Virus record (IMG/VR): IMGVR_UViG_3300045988_028354
Length of the DNA stretch: 64,000 nucleotides
Reading direction: 5' to 3' (one strand)
Origin: a virus
Positions within the stretch are counted from its first letter, which is position 1. Each line of letters opens with the position of its first letter. The notes beneath the pieces are model-generated. The model did not search any database, was not told the DNA's origin, and saw only the letters and a list, made by a program, of their open reading frames with translations. This document shows, in pieces, positions 27,940 through 38,645 of the stretch. A program made the translations under genes and the position numbers.

Positions 27940-30900
27940 TTACCCGTAGATTACTTCAAAGTAGATAGTCGGATGGTCAGAATTTTTTGGAGTAAGTGTA
28001 ACTGTTGCAATTGTAGTTCCATTATTAGAATAAGAACTTCTTAAACTTACTTCTAACCTTATACCTCCACCATAAGCTCCAGCTTCTGAAAGTATTGAAG
28101 GAGTTATCAAAAAATAATTGTTCATACCGGGAGAATATTCAATACCTATTTGATAATCCTGTTGAGAATAACCTACTGACAAACCCTTATTGATTTCTGT
28201 GGGACTACTACTATCAAAATCCTCAATGGTTCTTGCTTGAAGATTACTTAGTCTAGCTTTCATAGGTTTACCAGTTTGAGGCTTTCCAGTAATCATGCAA
28301 TTTATTACTCCAGTAGCAGGTAAGTTACACCAAACTCCGGTATATCCTCCAGGAGTCATATCCCCTATGGCAGTAGTATCTGAAGAATCTGGGCTATACC
28401 ATTGGTAAATAAGGGGGATTTGATTACTATCACCGTAAGAGTAATAGTTACCCAACTCTGCATGAAACTCTTGTTTAATAGTTACGGGTTTAGTCTGAGT
28501 TACGTATAGGTATAACCTTTTATTTGATGGATTACCCGGTTGAGTAAAGGTCCTGGTAGCCTGCCTATCATAATCTTCCTTATTCTCATCTACCAAATAA
28601 GCGTAGTCATAATCGTTTTGGGCAGTTTGACCGTTTTCTACTAACCTACCCCAACTTACTGGAGTTGCAGTATCTTCGTCTTCATTAGGTTTTATATACT
28701 CTGTATAGGCAACCTGGGATTGATTGCTAGCAAGTAAGTACTCACATTTAGAAATTATGGTTATAGGAGAAATGCTACCTGCACTAGAATCATGACTTAC
28801 ATTCTTTATAGTTACACTTTCAACTTGGTCATACCATTGGAAGGTCCACCTCTTTACAGTTGCTACTGGTTTATGAGTAAGGTACAGATAAGCAGATTTA
28901 CTTGGGTAATCGGCTATCCTATATTGTACTGTACCCTTTAAATCGAATACCGAACCATTGATAGACTTAGGATATGCCCTTACGGTAGTTATAGTTGGGT
29001 CATATGATAACGGTGTATTTGTAACTGTAAAGGAATCTATACCAACTCCACTAAAAATAACTTCGTATTCTGCAGCTTCCTCAGTATCAGATTCTATACC
29101 ATTAATTACTGGTTTTCTCCAACATTTTAAATCTATAGATTGACCATGACTAGAACCAAACTGAGTATATTCCCAATTCATGGAATATCCCCCTACATCG
29201 GGATTACCATTAAAACCAATATAATAATTATAGGATACAGTTGCAGCTGATTGGTTGATATCTACTTGGTCAAGATTACTTGTACCTACTTGTCTAATTG
29301 TTACAGTAGCACTTCTAATTGAAGATACTTTATTCTCTAAGCAAGTTACGAATAACTCAGCTTGAGTCTGGTCATTACTGTTTTTGGTAACTTCTAACCA
29401 GGATTCTTCGATTGGGTCAATGGTTACTTCTACAAATTCTTTAGTTGAAGTTTGTGTACCATTGATTACCTTCGTTCTGTAAGAATTAACTACAATAGTA
29501 TCGGGGTCTATCATCTTAGCTGGTACATTCAGTACCTTGGATGAAGGCTGAAATATATTAAAGGTATAATTCCAAGTAATACTTGCAGCTTGTTGTTCAA
29601 CTGTCAAAGTTATCGAAGTATCACTACTACCAGTTTGAAATATAACGATATCTGCACTTCTTTGACTAATAGTTGTATTCTCATCTACGGTTACTATGAG
29701 TGTATTAGATTGCTCTTCTACATGAATCCAACTTGGAGAACCCGGTATAGACGTAGTCCAAGTAGTATCTTCACTTTGACTTGTAACAGAACCGTTAACA
29801 ATCTTATACCTTTTACTACTTATGGTAAAAGAGTAAGTACCACTAGGCTTAGCAGGCACTTGTTGATTTAAATCTTGAGTACCGTTATTTACCTTTAGTT
29901 CATAAGACCAAGCAACACTAGCACCTGCTTGTTTTACACCTAAACTTAGAGTTTTACTACCGTACTCTAAGTTTAAACTACCACTAAGTTGAGATTCAGA
30001 AGTATTCTCTGGCATAGTAGCACTTATACGATATCCCACACCAAGTTCATAAGTTACACTAGTACTACTTACAAAACTAGGTTTAGTTTTTACAGTAGGA
30101 GTATCATCATGCCAAGTTGTATCTTTACCATTTACCACGTCCCAATAACCAGACCTTACTAAAGCTTTAACAGTTCCTCCAATATTTGGAGCTGTAGGGA
30201 AACTCTCCTTAATAACCAACTCTTCTCTAATGGCCACTGTACCTGCGGCCTGACTACAAGTAATGGTTACGGTTTTGCCTGAACCCACCTGCTCATATAC
30301 TACAGTACCAGTTCTTGCTTGAGTTGTAGTATTCTCTTTCAGGGTAATAGCCACAGCAGCAGTAGCACTTTGTATTTCAGCAGAAGTAGATTTAACTTTG
30401 ATATTAACACCTTCATGTGAACCTTCTACTAAAGAACCATTAATATATTTTTCACGATAACTACTAATTGTCCCAGATTTGGTTGTACCTAAGGCATCAA
30501 AGTTTAACGTTGGAGTAGAAGTAGTTAATGTATATCTCCATTCTACTAGATATGCACTTTGAGTTACCGTAACTTCTTTATAGACGGTATCCATAGTTGC
30601 CCTTACTACTACACTTCTTTGATTTGCAGTTTTATTTTCTGCTACCGTCAAAGTAGTACCAGATAAACTAAATCCGGTTACTGCAGTAGGTATACTAAGT
30701 GTAGGAGTACCGGTAGCATCGGAAGCTGCATTGGTTGCACCTGAAGACCAATGGTTAGTTCTACTTGCCCTTGCACTTGCAGAGATTTGTGATGTACCAC
30801 CTTGTTCGGTAAAGGTACTTGGGTTTGCAGAAATGGAAACTACCCATGTACCTTGACTTGTATTGGTAATCTTATTCTCTGCCTGATATATATCGATTGA

Positions 30901-31980
30901 GGCACTACCAGATTTACCATTAAGAGTAACGGTTAATGTACGGCTTCCCAACTTAGTTCTTGCCTTTGCAGTTGTACCAAGATTAGAACCTGAGATATTT
31001 TCGGACCATACTACTGAAGCTCCAGAACTTATAGTACCACCATCATTGGTTTTACCATTCCATCCCCAAAGTTGAGAATAAGTATAAGTAGGTGTAACTG
31101 CAGTCCCTCCTGATGCAGGGATATCTGCAATGCTTCCTAAATATACAGTAGGTGTACCATAAGTTTTTACACCTGCTAATTGAGCAAATGTTACTGTAAC
31201 TTTTTTACCAGATTCATTTTGAGTACTAGTAAATACTTGAGAACGGGAGTTTTCTGATTTATTCTCTAAAGCAGTATAGTGATTCTCGTCATCCATAAAT
31301 ATCCAAGAGGGTAAGTCAGGAGATGAAAAACCTACATCTACACTAGTACCCACAGGTTTACCATTTATATACCTTTGCTTAAATGAATTATACCCTGCTA
31401 TTGCGGGAGTTGCAGAACCTCCTAAAGCTGTATAATTTAGATTTGGATTCTGAACTGAAAAGGTATACTCCCAAGTTTCAACTCCTGCATCCTGAGTAAA
31501 TTGAACTGTTATCTGTTTACCTGACTCATTCTGAGTAAAGGTTAAACTTGCAGAACGTTGATTTAGAGTTGTATTTTCTGAAGCTTTATAACCTTCATCA
31601 TAAACAATCCAGTCCGGATAAGCAGATTTGGTATAACCCACAGAAATAGTATCTCCGATAGCTACTCCATCTATCTGTTTTTGTTTAGTAGTACCTAAAC
31701 CAAACCACCGAGGAGTAGGATACCCTCCCAAAGCTGGGAAGTTTAAAACTGGGTTTAATACAGTAAAAGCATATCTATAGGTTACCTTATGAATATCAGA
31801 AAGTTGTACGGTTTCATTGTTTCCATAGGAACTGGCATTGGATATTTCCAAGCCAACGTAATTTTCTCCCGTTCCTGTAGGAGAGAGTGCCAACAATTCA
31901 GCCTTGGTAGGGCATTCGTTTGAATCCTTACCAAGGCCTACTTTAGTTTTGACAGCACTCCATGTTGCTATCTCACCCAT
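27940..31980 (-). CDS. large virion surface protein with about 10 tandem BACON-like domains
   Basis: ~100-aa units ending in N-x-R-[ST]-x(3-4)-[FVI]-x-Q-x-G/S-x-K-x-[IV]-T-[IV]-x-Q-x-A, e.g. NQRSASLTFTQNESGKQITVQFTQDAG. Confidence 0.6.
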   Translation of the reverse strand: MGEIATWSAVKTKVGLGKDSNECPTKAELLALSPTGTGENYVGLEISNASSYGNNETVQLSDIHKVTYRYAFTVLNPVLNFPALGGYPTPRWFGLGTTKQKQIDGVAIGDTISVGYTKSAYPDWIVYDEGYKASENTTLNQRSASLTFTQNESGKQITVQFTQDAGVETWEYTFSVQNPNLNYTALGGSATPAIAGYNSFKQRYINGKPVGTSVDVGFSSPDLPSWIFMDDENHYTALENKSENSRSQVFTSTQNESGKKVTVTFAQLAGVKTYGTPTVYLGSIADIPASGGTAVTPTYTYSQLWGWNGKTNDGGTISSGASVVWSENISGSNLGTTAKARTKLGSRTLTVTLNGKSGSASIDIYQAENKITNTSQGTWVVSISANPSTFTEQGGTSQISASARASRTNHWSSGATNAASDATGTPTLSIPTAVTGFSLSGTTLTVAENKTANQRSVVVRATMDTVYKEVTVTQSAYLVEWRYTLTTSTPTLNFDALGTTKSGTISSYREKYINGSLVEGSHEGVNIKVKSTSAEIQSATAAVAITLKENTTTQARTGTVVYEQVGSGKTVTITCSQAAGTVAIREELVIKESFPTAPNIGGTVKALVRSGYWDVVNGKDTTWHDDTPTVKTKPSFVSSTSVTYELGVGYRISATMPENTSESQLSGSLNLEYGSKTLSLGVKQAGASVAWSYELKVNNGTQDLNQQVPAKPSGTYSFTISSKRYKIVNGSVTSQSEDTTWTTSIPGSPSWIHVEEQSNTLIVTVDENTTISQRSADIVIFQTGSSDTSITLTVEQQAASITWNYTFNIFQPSSKVLNVPAKMIDPDTIVVNSYRTKVINGTQTSTKEFVEVTIDPIEESWLEVTKNSNDQTQAELFVTCLENKVSSIRSATVTIRQVGTSNLDQVDINQSAATVSYNYYIGFNGNPDVGGYSMNWEYTQFGSSHGQSIDLKCWRKPVINGIESDTEEAAEYEVIFSGVGIDSFTVTNTPLSYDPTITTVRAYPKSINGSVFDLKGTVQYRIADYPSKSAYLYLTHKPVATVKRWTFQWYDQVESVTIKNVSHDSSAGSISPITIISKCEYLLASNQSQVAYTEYIKPNEDEDTATPVSWGRLVENGQTAQNDYDYAYLVDENKEDYDRQATRTFTQPGNPSNKRLYLYVTQTKPVTIKQEFHAELGNYYSYGDSNQIPLIYQWYSPDSSDTTAIGDMTPGGYTGVWCNLPATGVINCMITGKPQTGKPMKARLSNLQARTIEDFDSSSPTEINKGLSVGYSQQDYQIGIEYSPGMNNYFLITPSILSEAGAYGGGIRLEVSLRSSYSNNGTTIATVTLTPKNSDHPTIYFEVIYG

Positions 31981-31981
31981 A

Positions 31982-34900
31982 TTAATCTAAGTTTGTGAAC
32001 AAAAGTTTTTCTCTTAATTCATCAATCTCGGCTTTCAGAAGTTTAATACCTTCGATTGCCAATACTGACATCTTAGAATAATCTACCTCTTTAACCAGGA
32101 TATAGGTTTCTCCATCCTTTTCTACCTTTTCGAAGGCTTCTGGATTAGGAACTGTTTCAGGTTTAACCGTATTCTCAGAAACTAATTCTGGGAAATATTT
32201 TTCGATTGTCTGAGCAATTGTACCTATATCGTGATTACCACGAATCATAAATGAATCCGTAGGTATAGAGCAGATTTCATCGAGAGTATGTTCCAATGGT
32301 TTAATGAAAGTCTTAAGTCTTTCGTCAGATTCTTTCCATAAACCAGAAGGAGCAGATACCTTCTTAAAGATAATCTCAGCAGTAGTACCCAATCCCAACT
32401 GGTCTCTTGTTACTCCATGAGGATTACTCATGTTCTGCATGTGAGTAGTAAGATTGGTTTGAGCATTGGTACCTGCAGCCTTGGCATCTGCAATAGCCGT
32501 AGCTTGAGCAGTAGATACTGGTTTATCTGCATCTGATGTATTGTTAACATTACCCAATCCCACTTGAGCTTTAGTTACTCCATGAGGATTAGATTTATTA
32601 CCAATATGGGAATCTACTTTGGCATTCACAGTAGTATCTGCTTGAGCTCTTGTTGCAGCTTCATCTGAAATTAACTTCTCTACTCTTGTAATCTCACCTT
32701 TTCTGGCATTGACTTCTTTAGTGATATTATTCTGGAGAGTAGTATCTGCACCTCTTAAGTCTTCAGCAACTAATTCAACTGCAGCTTCAAGGTCAGTTCT
32801 TACTTGAGTATCTGCAGCTTTTCTGTCGGATACCTCTTTATTGATAGCAGTAGTGAGTTCTGTTTTAGCAGCAGCTATTGCAGAATTTCTATCTACTACC
32901 TCTTGAGCAATATCATCAGCCAATTCTCCTTGCAAAGCATTAATAGCCTCAGTTCTTGCTGTAACCTCATCTGAGATTTGTTTTGGTAAAGTAGTATCAA
33001 GCTTAACCTTATCTGCAGCAGCCATAACACCAGCTTTAGCAGATGATGCAGTAGGAATTTGTAATCCTTGGATACCAGTACCATCTGCCCTTTCATAATT
33101 TATGGCAGCTTTAGAGGCATCTGTAACAATTGAGATTAATCGTATAGGATTAAAAGCCATAAGAGCATTAAGATTGTCTGTAGTAGTCTTACCCTTAGCT
33201 CCATCATAAGCAGTACCAGTAATCTCTCCAATTACTACTCCACCAGAAACAATCAGAGACCAAGTAGTACCAGTCCATCTGAATTGATAACCGGGTTCTC
33301 CCGTAGTTACATTCTGATAAATCTTTCCTGCCTCTCCCGTTATTGGTGTATTATGGTCAGCATCTGCAAAGAGAGAGATATTAGAAAGATCTCCAGTGGG
33401 AGACTTATCGTATGTTGCATATACATCGATTACATCATCTACATATGAGGGTAATTGTTCAGAAGGTACTTTACCATTTTCATCCAGAGAAGCTAATCCA
33501 CTAGCTTGTGCCTTAGTTGCAATGAAGGCATCTAGGGCATCCTGAACTCCTTGTATGTCCTCGGTTAATTCAGTTTTCAAGGCAGCATCTGCTTCTGTTC
33601 TTGCAGTTACCTCATTATCAATTCGAGTACCCAATGCAGTATCAGCAGCAATTCTATCCTGAACTTCTTTATTGATAGCCGTAGTTAACTTGGTGTCTAA
33701 GGCAGTATCGGCATCTTTTCGATTCTGAACCTCGGTAGCTATTGAAGCTTCTAAAGTGGTCTTTGTAGTTTGGATTAATTCTTTGAGTTCTGTTTCCAGT
33801 TCTGAAGTATCAGTTCCAAGACCATCAATCAAAGCCTTCAAAGCTTTACCTTGTTCTGCACTTAATGGTACCTTAGTTCCACCTGCAGTTAAGTTATTTA
33901 CTACATCTCCTTCGATAAGAATTTTACCAGCTCTTACTGTAGAAATAGACCAAGCACCTTGAGCAGTTCTCTTGAACTCTCTGTAAAACTCCATACCTGC
34001 CAATTCATACATGAATCTCAAAGTAATGGCACCAGTAGTAGGACCACTAAGTTGTAAACTCAATCTAAATTGTTGATAGAAATTGTTGCCGGTATCTACC
34101 AATATATAAGGACGGTGTGTAGTGTTATTTGCAATCTCATTAAGCAATTCATCAGTAAATACTGCTGCAATCTCTTCTGAGGTTGCCGAAGCAGATATAT
34201 TGAATGCTGCTGCCGGGATAATAATTGGTTCTAATTGAGCATCAAGTTTTTTCAAAGAATCAACTACATCAACTGAACCTCCCATATAATTCGTATCAGT
34301 AAGAGCTGGCATTCCCAAATCATTGGTAAGACCTACTGCAGCTTTTACCTTATTGAATTTAGAATCAGCATCTGCCTTATCTACTTCGATACGTTTTTGT
34401 ACTTTACCAAAGGCTGCCGAAGTAGTATCTGTTACCTTTACATCCAAATCTGCAGGAGTAGTACCGGTTGCCTTTACATAGCCATCGAGTTTGATATCAG
34501 TACCATTAAGTATAGGATTAGAATCCAAACGATGAGTATTGATAGTATGAGCATTGGTGGCATCGATATTTTCTTGCAAAGTAGTATCAGCTTCAGTACG
34601 GGCAGTCTCTTCAGCAGTGATATTTTCTTGCAGAGTAGTATCAGCTGCTTCCCTTGCATCTTCTTCGTTATCGATACGAGTACCCAAAGCCGTGTCTGCA
34701 GATTCCCTGTCTGTAACTTCTTTATCAATACGAGCTCCTAAAGCAGTATCAGCTTCTGCTCGGGTAGTTGCCTCTGCAGTGATATTATCCTGCAATGTTT
34801 TATCGGCAGACTTACGTTCTGCAATTTCGGTATCAATACGAACTCCCAGGGCAGTATCAGCAGCAGTTCTTGCAGCTTCTTCTGCATCTAGAGCATCTTG

Positions 34901-37900
34901 AAGAGCCTTATCAGCAGCCTTTCTTTCTTCTCTTTCTGTTCCCAAGTCTGCAGTATTCTGGTCGATTTTACCTTCTAACCGAATATCTTCTGCCTTACGA
35001 GCAGCAATCTCGGTTTCAAGTAAAGCCTTAACTTCCAAGTAAGAACCAGAAATGTTATTCTGAATACCTTGAATCAATTCCAAGTTTCTTTGGATATTGG
35101 CAGCATTCTGAGTAATAAGAGCATCTTGATTATTTGCTCTTGCCAACAATTCAGTACGAGTTTCAGTAACATAAGTTCTTAAATCCTCTACTGTCTTAGT
35201 CAGAGTTGTACTCAGAGTAGTAAGCTTAGCATCTAAAGCAGCATCACCTTCAACTCGTTTTTCAGTTTCTGTCTCAATCTTCGTAGTTAACTCATTTAAC
35301 TTCTGAGTCATAGTTGTTGCAAAGTTGGGGTCATCACCAAGGGCTTTGGCAATTTCCTCAAGTGTATCCAGTACACCTGGAGCAGAACCAATGATTTTCT
35401 GAATTGCAGCTTCTACCTCAGCTTCTGTTTGGAATCCTGAATCATTCAGAAGTTCAGAAACTTTAGTGATATAGTTAGCATGTTCTTCAATGCCGTTCAA
35501 TTTGTTCAAAAGAACATCAGTAAAGTCATTTGAAGAAAGTACTTTGCCATCTACCTTGTCTACCTTCTTAGATTCAAGACCCTGGATAGCAGTTGTACGG
35601 TCTGAGATTTCCTGGGCAATCTTATTATCTAATAAGGTATCTGCATTGGTACGGTCTGTAACTTCTTTATCGATATTTACCTGAAGAGCAGTATCACCTG
35701 CTAAACGAACATTAGCTTCATCCGAGATATCCTTAGATAAACCGTTTACTTCGTCTTTATGATTTGCTATTGCAGTATCCAAATTGGCCTGTATAGCATT
35801 CTCTCTAGCGGTTGCTCGGTCTTTCTCAGTATTGATTGCTACCGTATTAGCCTCTACCTTTGTTTTAAGTTCATCTACCTTTTCATTAGATTCCTTCTTT
35901 AGAGAATTAATCTTCTCTTCTAATAAAATATCGGCACCTCTCCTTTCATCTATCTCCCCATTAATCTTATTAGTAAGGATAGTTAATTGCCCACCAACTT
36001 CAACCGTTAAAGTTTGAATCTTGCCGTCTATAGCAGTTTCCAATGCAGTATCTGCAGACTTACGGTCTCCAATTTCCTTATCCAGGTTTACTTGAAGGAT
36101 TTGGTCTGCTGCCTTACGTTCAGCTGTTTCTGTACCCAAAGCAATGTTGGTAGTATCAATACGAGAACTCAGATTACTGTCGCCATTAGTACGGTCTACA
36201 ATTTCCTCATTAACCATATCCTTAACTTCTTTGTAGTTATCGGCAATGGTTTTATTCATGGCAGTGATTGCCTCAGAGTTCTTTGTGATATTTGCTTGGT
36301 TAGTAGCAATAGCCGTGGTATTAGCATTTACCTGAGCAGTCAATTCGTTCTTAACTGTATTGATAGCATCCTGCATTGATAAAGCCAAATCCGAAACTCT
36401 CTGAGTAAGAGCAGCAATGTTATCGGTATGGGTTTTATCTGCTTCCTTTCTATCAACAGTTTCTTTGTCGATATTTGCCTGCAAGATAGCATCAGCATCT
36501 TTACGGTCTTGGATTTCTTTTGCCAGGTTATCTTTAACTACTTGAAGAGCAGTATCTCCAGTAGCAGCCGAGTTATCTACATACTCTTTAAGTTCTTCCT
36601 TAAGAGCAGCATCTGCTTCTGTTCTTGCAGTTTCTTCATCAGTTATATTTGCCTGGAGGGCTACATCAGCAGCTTCCCGGTCTTCAATCTCTTGGTTTAC
36701 CTTTTCTGTAATTGCTGCCAACTTCTTGGTGATAGTTGAAGCAAAATTAGGGTCATCACCTAATGCCCTAGCAATCTCTTCCAGAGTATCAAGTACTTCT
36801 GGTGCAGAACCAATAATCTTTTCAATTGCTGCCTCTACTTCTGCTTCAGTCTGATAACCAGCATCGTTTGCCAATTGTGATACCAAGGTAATGTAATTAG
36901 CATGTTCCTCGATTCCATTCAACTTGGCAAGCAAGAGATCTGTAAAGTCATTCTTGGTTAAAGAATAACCTTCTCTTTTATCTACTTTCTTGGAATTAAG
37001 GTCTGCATCTGCAGCAATACGAGCTTCCTTCTCAGCTTCGATAGCAGCAAGTACATCTGACTTATCACCATCGGTCTTTTCACTTAAGGCAGTTATCTTC
37101 TGGTCAAGGATTTGGTCCTGAGCAGTACGAGTTGCAGCTTCAGAATTAATATTAGTCTGAAGAACTTGGTCTGCAGATTCCCGAGCTTGAGCCTCTTTAT
37201 CGATATTTACCTGGAGGGTATTATCTGCATTAGTACGGTCAGCTACCTCTTTGGTAATTGAATTCTGAAGAGTTTCATCGGCAGCTTTGCGATTTACTAC
37301 CTCATCAGAAAGTTTACTTTCTAAGGCAGCATCACCAGTTTGACGATTGGTGATTTCTTCAGTTAGTTTCAACTGAATATTTGCATCGGCATTTGCTCTC
37401 AATTGGGCTTCTGCCGCAATATCTTGTTTGAGCTCTGCCTTATCATTGATATGCAAGGTGTTCAGTTGGTGAATACTTTCTGATAAAGCATCATCGGCAG
37501 TTTTACGAAGCTCAGCTTCTTTATCTACCAAGTCTTTAGCATAAGCTTTAGCTTCTGCCAATGAACCAGTAGTTTCATTTCTGAGGTCTGCAATGTCAGC
37601 AGTATTCTTATCGACTTTTGCTTCTACTTTATCTATCTTATTGATAAGGTTAGTAACTGCAGTGTCGATTTTATCATTAAGTAAATCCACTGCCTTGATG
37701 AAATTAGAGTTAACCTCACTAATTTGGGTACTCAGTTTTCCTTCCTCCTCCTTAGCTCGGTTAACTTCATCTGTCAGTGCATTACGTAAATCCGTTAGTT
37801 TGTTAGTAATTGTAGTAGCAAAGTTCGGGTCATTTCCCAATGCTTCTGCCAATTCCTTTAATGTATCAAGTGCATCATCAGCACCATCAATCAAATCACT

Positions 37901-38200
37901 GATAGCTTGTCTTACCTGTTCTTCAGTTTGGAACTTAGTATCATTCTCCAACTGAGAAAGCTTAGTGATGTAGTTTGCTCTTTCTTCAATGCCCTCCAGT
38001 TTCTCTTTGAGTTTATCTGTGAAGTCATTTTTAGATAAGTCGTATCCTTCTCTCTTATCTACCTTATTGGCAATAGAAAGAACGAATGCCCAGAACTCAT
38101 TAATAGTTCCGGCAAACCCAGCCTTTACGAAGTCATCGAAATAACCCTGTAAAAGTCTTTGGTCAATTTCTTCATTTGTGTAATACTTACTTACGTACAT
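31982..38200 (-). CDS. giant fibre protein with C-terminal S74-type intramolecular chaperone
   Basis: 2072 aa. Three ~95-aa modules, 18-aa periodic coiled-coil repeats, and C-terminal ESDERLK...IGTIAQ...VDYSKMSVLAIEGIKLL (31985..32329). Confidence 0.8.
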   Translation of the reverse strand: MYVSKYYTNEEIDQRLLQGYFDDFVKAGFAGTINEFWAFVLSIANKVDKREGYDLSKNDFTDKLKEKLEGIEERANYITKLSQLENDTKFQTEEQVRQAISDLIDGADDALDTLKELAEALGNDPNFATTITNKLTDLRNALTDEVNRAKEEEGKLSTQISEVNSNFIKAVDLLNDKIDTAVTNLINKIDKVEAKVDKNTADIADLRNETTGSLAEAKAYAKDLVDKEAELRKTADDALSESIHQLNTLHINDKAELKQDIAAEAQLRANADANIQLKLTEEITNRQTGDAALESKLSDEVVNRKAADETLQNSITKEVADRTNADNTLQVNIDKEAQARESADQVLQTNINSEAATRTAQDQILDQKITALSEKTDGDKSDVLAAIEAEKEARIAADADLNSKKVDKREGYSLTKNDFTDLLLAKLNGIEEHANYITLVSQLANDAGYQTEAEVEAAIEKIIGSAPEVLDTLEEIARALGDDPNFASTITKKLAAITEKVNQEIEDREAADVALQANITDEETARTEADAALKEELKEYVDNSAATGDTALQVVKDNLAKEIQDRKDADAILQANIDKETVDRKEADKTHTDNIAALTQRVSDLALSMQDAINTVKNELTAQVNANTTAIATNQANITKNSEAITAMNKTIADNYKEVKDMVNEEIVDRTNGDSNLSSRIDTTNIALGTETAERKAADQILQVNLDKEIGDRKSADTALETAIDGKIQTLTVEVGGQLTILTNKINGEIDERRGADILLEEKINSLKKESNEKVDELKTKVEANTVAINTEKDRATARENAIQANLDTAIANHKDEVNGLSKDISDEANVRLAGDTALQVNIDKEVTDRTNADTLLDNKIAQEISDRTTAIQGLESKKVDKVDGKVLSSNDFTDVLLNKLNGIEEHANYITKVSELLNDSGFQTEAEVEAAIQKIIGSAPGVLDTLEEIAKALGDDPNFATTMTQKLNELTTKIETETEKRVEGDAALDAKLTTLSTTLTKTVEDLRTYVTETRTELLARANNQDALITQNAANIQRNLELIQGIQNNISGSYLEVKALLETEIAARKAEDIRLEGKIDQNTADLGTEREERKAADKALQDALDAEEAARTAADTALGVRIDTEIAERKSADKTLQDNITAEATTRAEADTALGARIDKEVTDRESADTALGTRIDNEEDAREAADTTLQENITAEETARTEADTTLQENIDATNAHTINTHRLDSNPILNGTDIKLDGYVKATGTTPADLDVKVTDTTSAAFGKVQKRIEVDKADADSKFNKVKAAVGLTNDLGMPALTDTNYMGGSVDVVDSLKKLDAQLEPIIIPAAAFNISASATSEEIAAVFTDELLNEIANNTTHRPYILVDTGNNFYQQFRLSLQLSGPTTGAITLRFMYELAGMEFYREFKRTAQGAWSISTVRAGKILIEGDVVNNLTAGGTKVPLSAEQGKALKALIDGLGTDTSELETELKELIQTTKTTLEASIATEVQNRKDADTALDTKLTTAINKEVQDRIAADTALGTRIDNEVTARTEADAALKTELTEDIQGVQDALDAFIATKAQASGLASLDENGKVPSEQLPSYVDDVIDVYATYDKSPTGDLSNISLFADADHNTPITGEAGKIYQNVTTGEPGYQFRWTGTTWSLIVSGGVVIGEITGTAYDGAKGKTTTDNLNALMAFNPIRLISIVTDASKAAINYERADGTGIQGLQIPTASSAKAGVMAAADKVKLDTTLPKQISDEVTARTEAINALQGELADDIAQEVVDRNSAIAAAKTELTTAINKEVSDRKAADTQVRTDLEAAVELVAEDLRGADTTLQNNITKEVNARKGEITRVEKLISDEAATRAQADTTVNAKVDSHIGNKSNPHGVTKAQVGLGNVNNTSDADKPVSTAQATAIADAKAAGTNAQTNLTTHMQNMSNPHGVTRDQLGLGTTAEIIFKKVSAPSGLWKESDERLKTFIKPLEHTLDEICSIPTDSFMIRGNHDIGTIAQTIEKYFPELVSENTVKPETVPNPEAFEKVEKDGETYILVKEVDYSKMSVLAIEGIKLLKAEIDELREKLLFTNLD
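34559..34882 (-). repeat. six tandem 54-nt (18-aa) in-frame repeats inside the fibre gene
   Basis: EEAARTAADTALGVRIDT / EIAERKSADKTLQDNITA / EATTRAEADTALGARIDK / EVTDRESADTALGTRIDN / EEDAREAADTTLQENITA / EETARTEADTTLQENIDA. Confidence 0.8.
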
Positions 38201-38212
38201 ATTGTTATTATT

Positions 38213-38632
38213 TTAAGGATTGATTACTTGCTTACCACAGAAGAAGTCAGAATTCTTATCTCTGAATGGTTCTCCTTCTTTTCCACAGAAGGCATTCATT
38301 GGAATATCTGGATGTTCTGGGTCTGGGTCTCCCCCGTCTTCAATATCACCTCTGATTATTGCATAATCTGGAAGTTGATTGATACGGAATTTTATCACCT
38401 GGCCAATACCCGGATGAGGTATTATCTTATCCCAAACTTCTCCAAAGTAATCTTGAAAGCAAGTAACAAACTTACCTCCAGTCATAGACTGGAATGTGGT
38501 AACGTCTAAATTACTTTTCTTACTTTCAATATGTACTCCAGATGTACCGTTCAAGACAATCAGGTTACTATCAAACCAAATACCGTTTCCGGTATTAATT
38601 GGTTTCCATCGTAACATTAACATCTTTGCCAT
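38213..38632 (-). CDS. hypothetical virion-module protein
   Basis: ORF directly upstream of the fibre gene. Confidence 0.5.
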   Translation of the reverse strand: MAKMLMLRWKPINTGNGIWFDSNLIVLNGTSGVHIESKKSNLDVTTFQSMTGGKFVTCFQDYFGEVWDKIIPHPGIGQVIKFRINQLPDYAIIRGDIEDGGDPDPEHPDIPMNAFCGKEGEPFRDKNSDFFCGKQVINP

Positions 38633-38645
38633 ATACTTTTCAATT

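Noticed and set aside
34397-37955. Multiple 64-121-aa ORFs on both strands inside the giant fibre gene.
   Set aside because: They are generated by the periodic 54-nt repeats and by the Ala/Asp/Thr-rich codon composition. The 2072-aa frame is continuous and ends in a recognisable chaperone domain.
31982-38200. Diversity-generating retroelement (template/variable repeat pair) in the fibre genes.
   Set aside because: No reverse transcriptase ORF is present in the window. The repeats are in-frame tandem protein repeats, not a coding/non-coding pair with adenine-specific mismatches.
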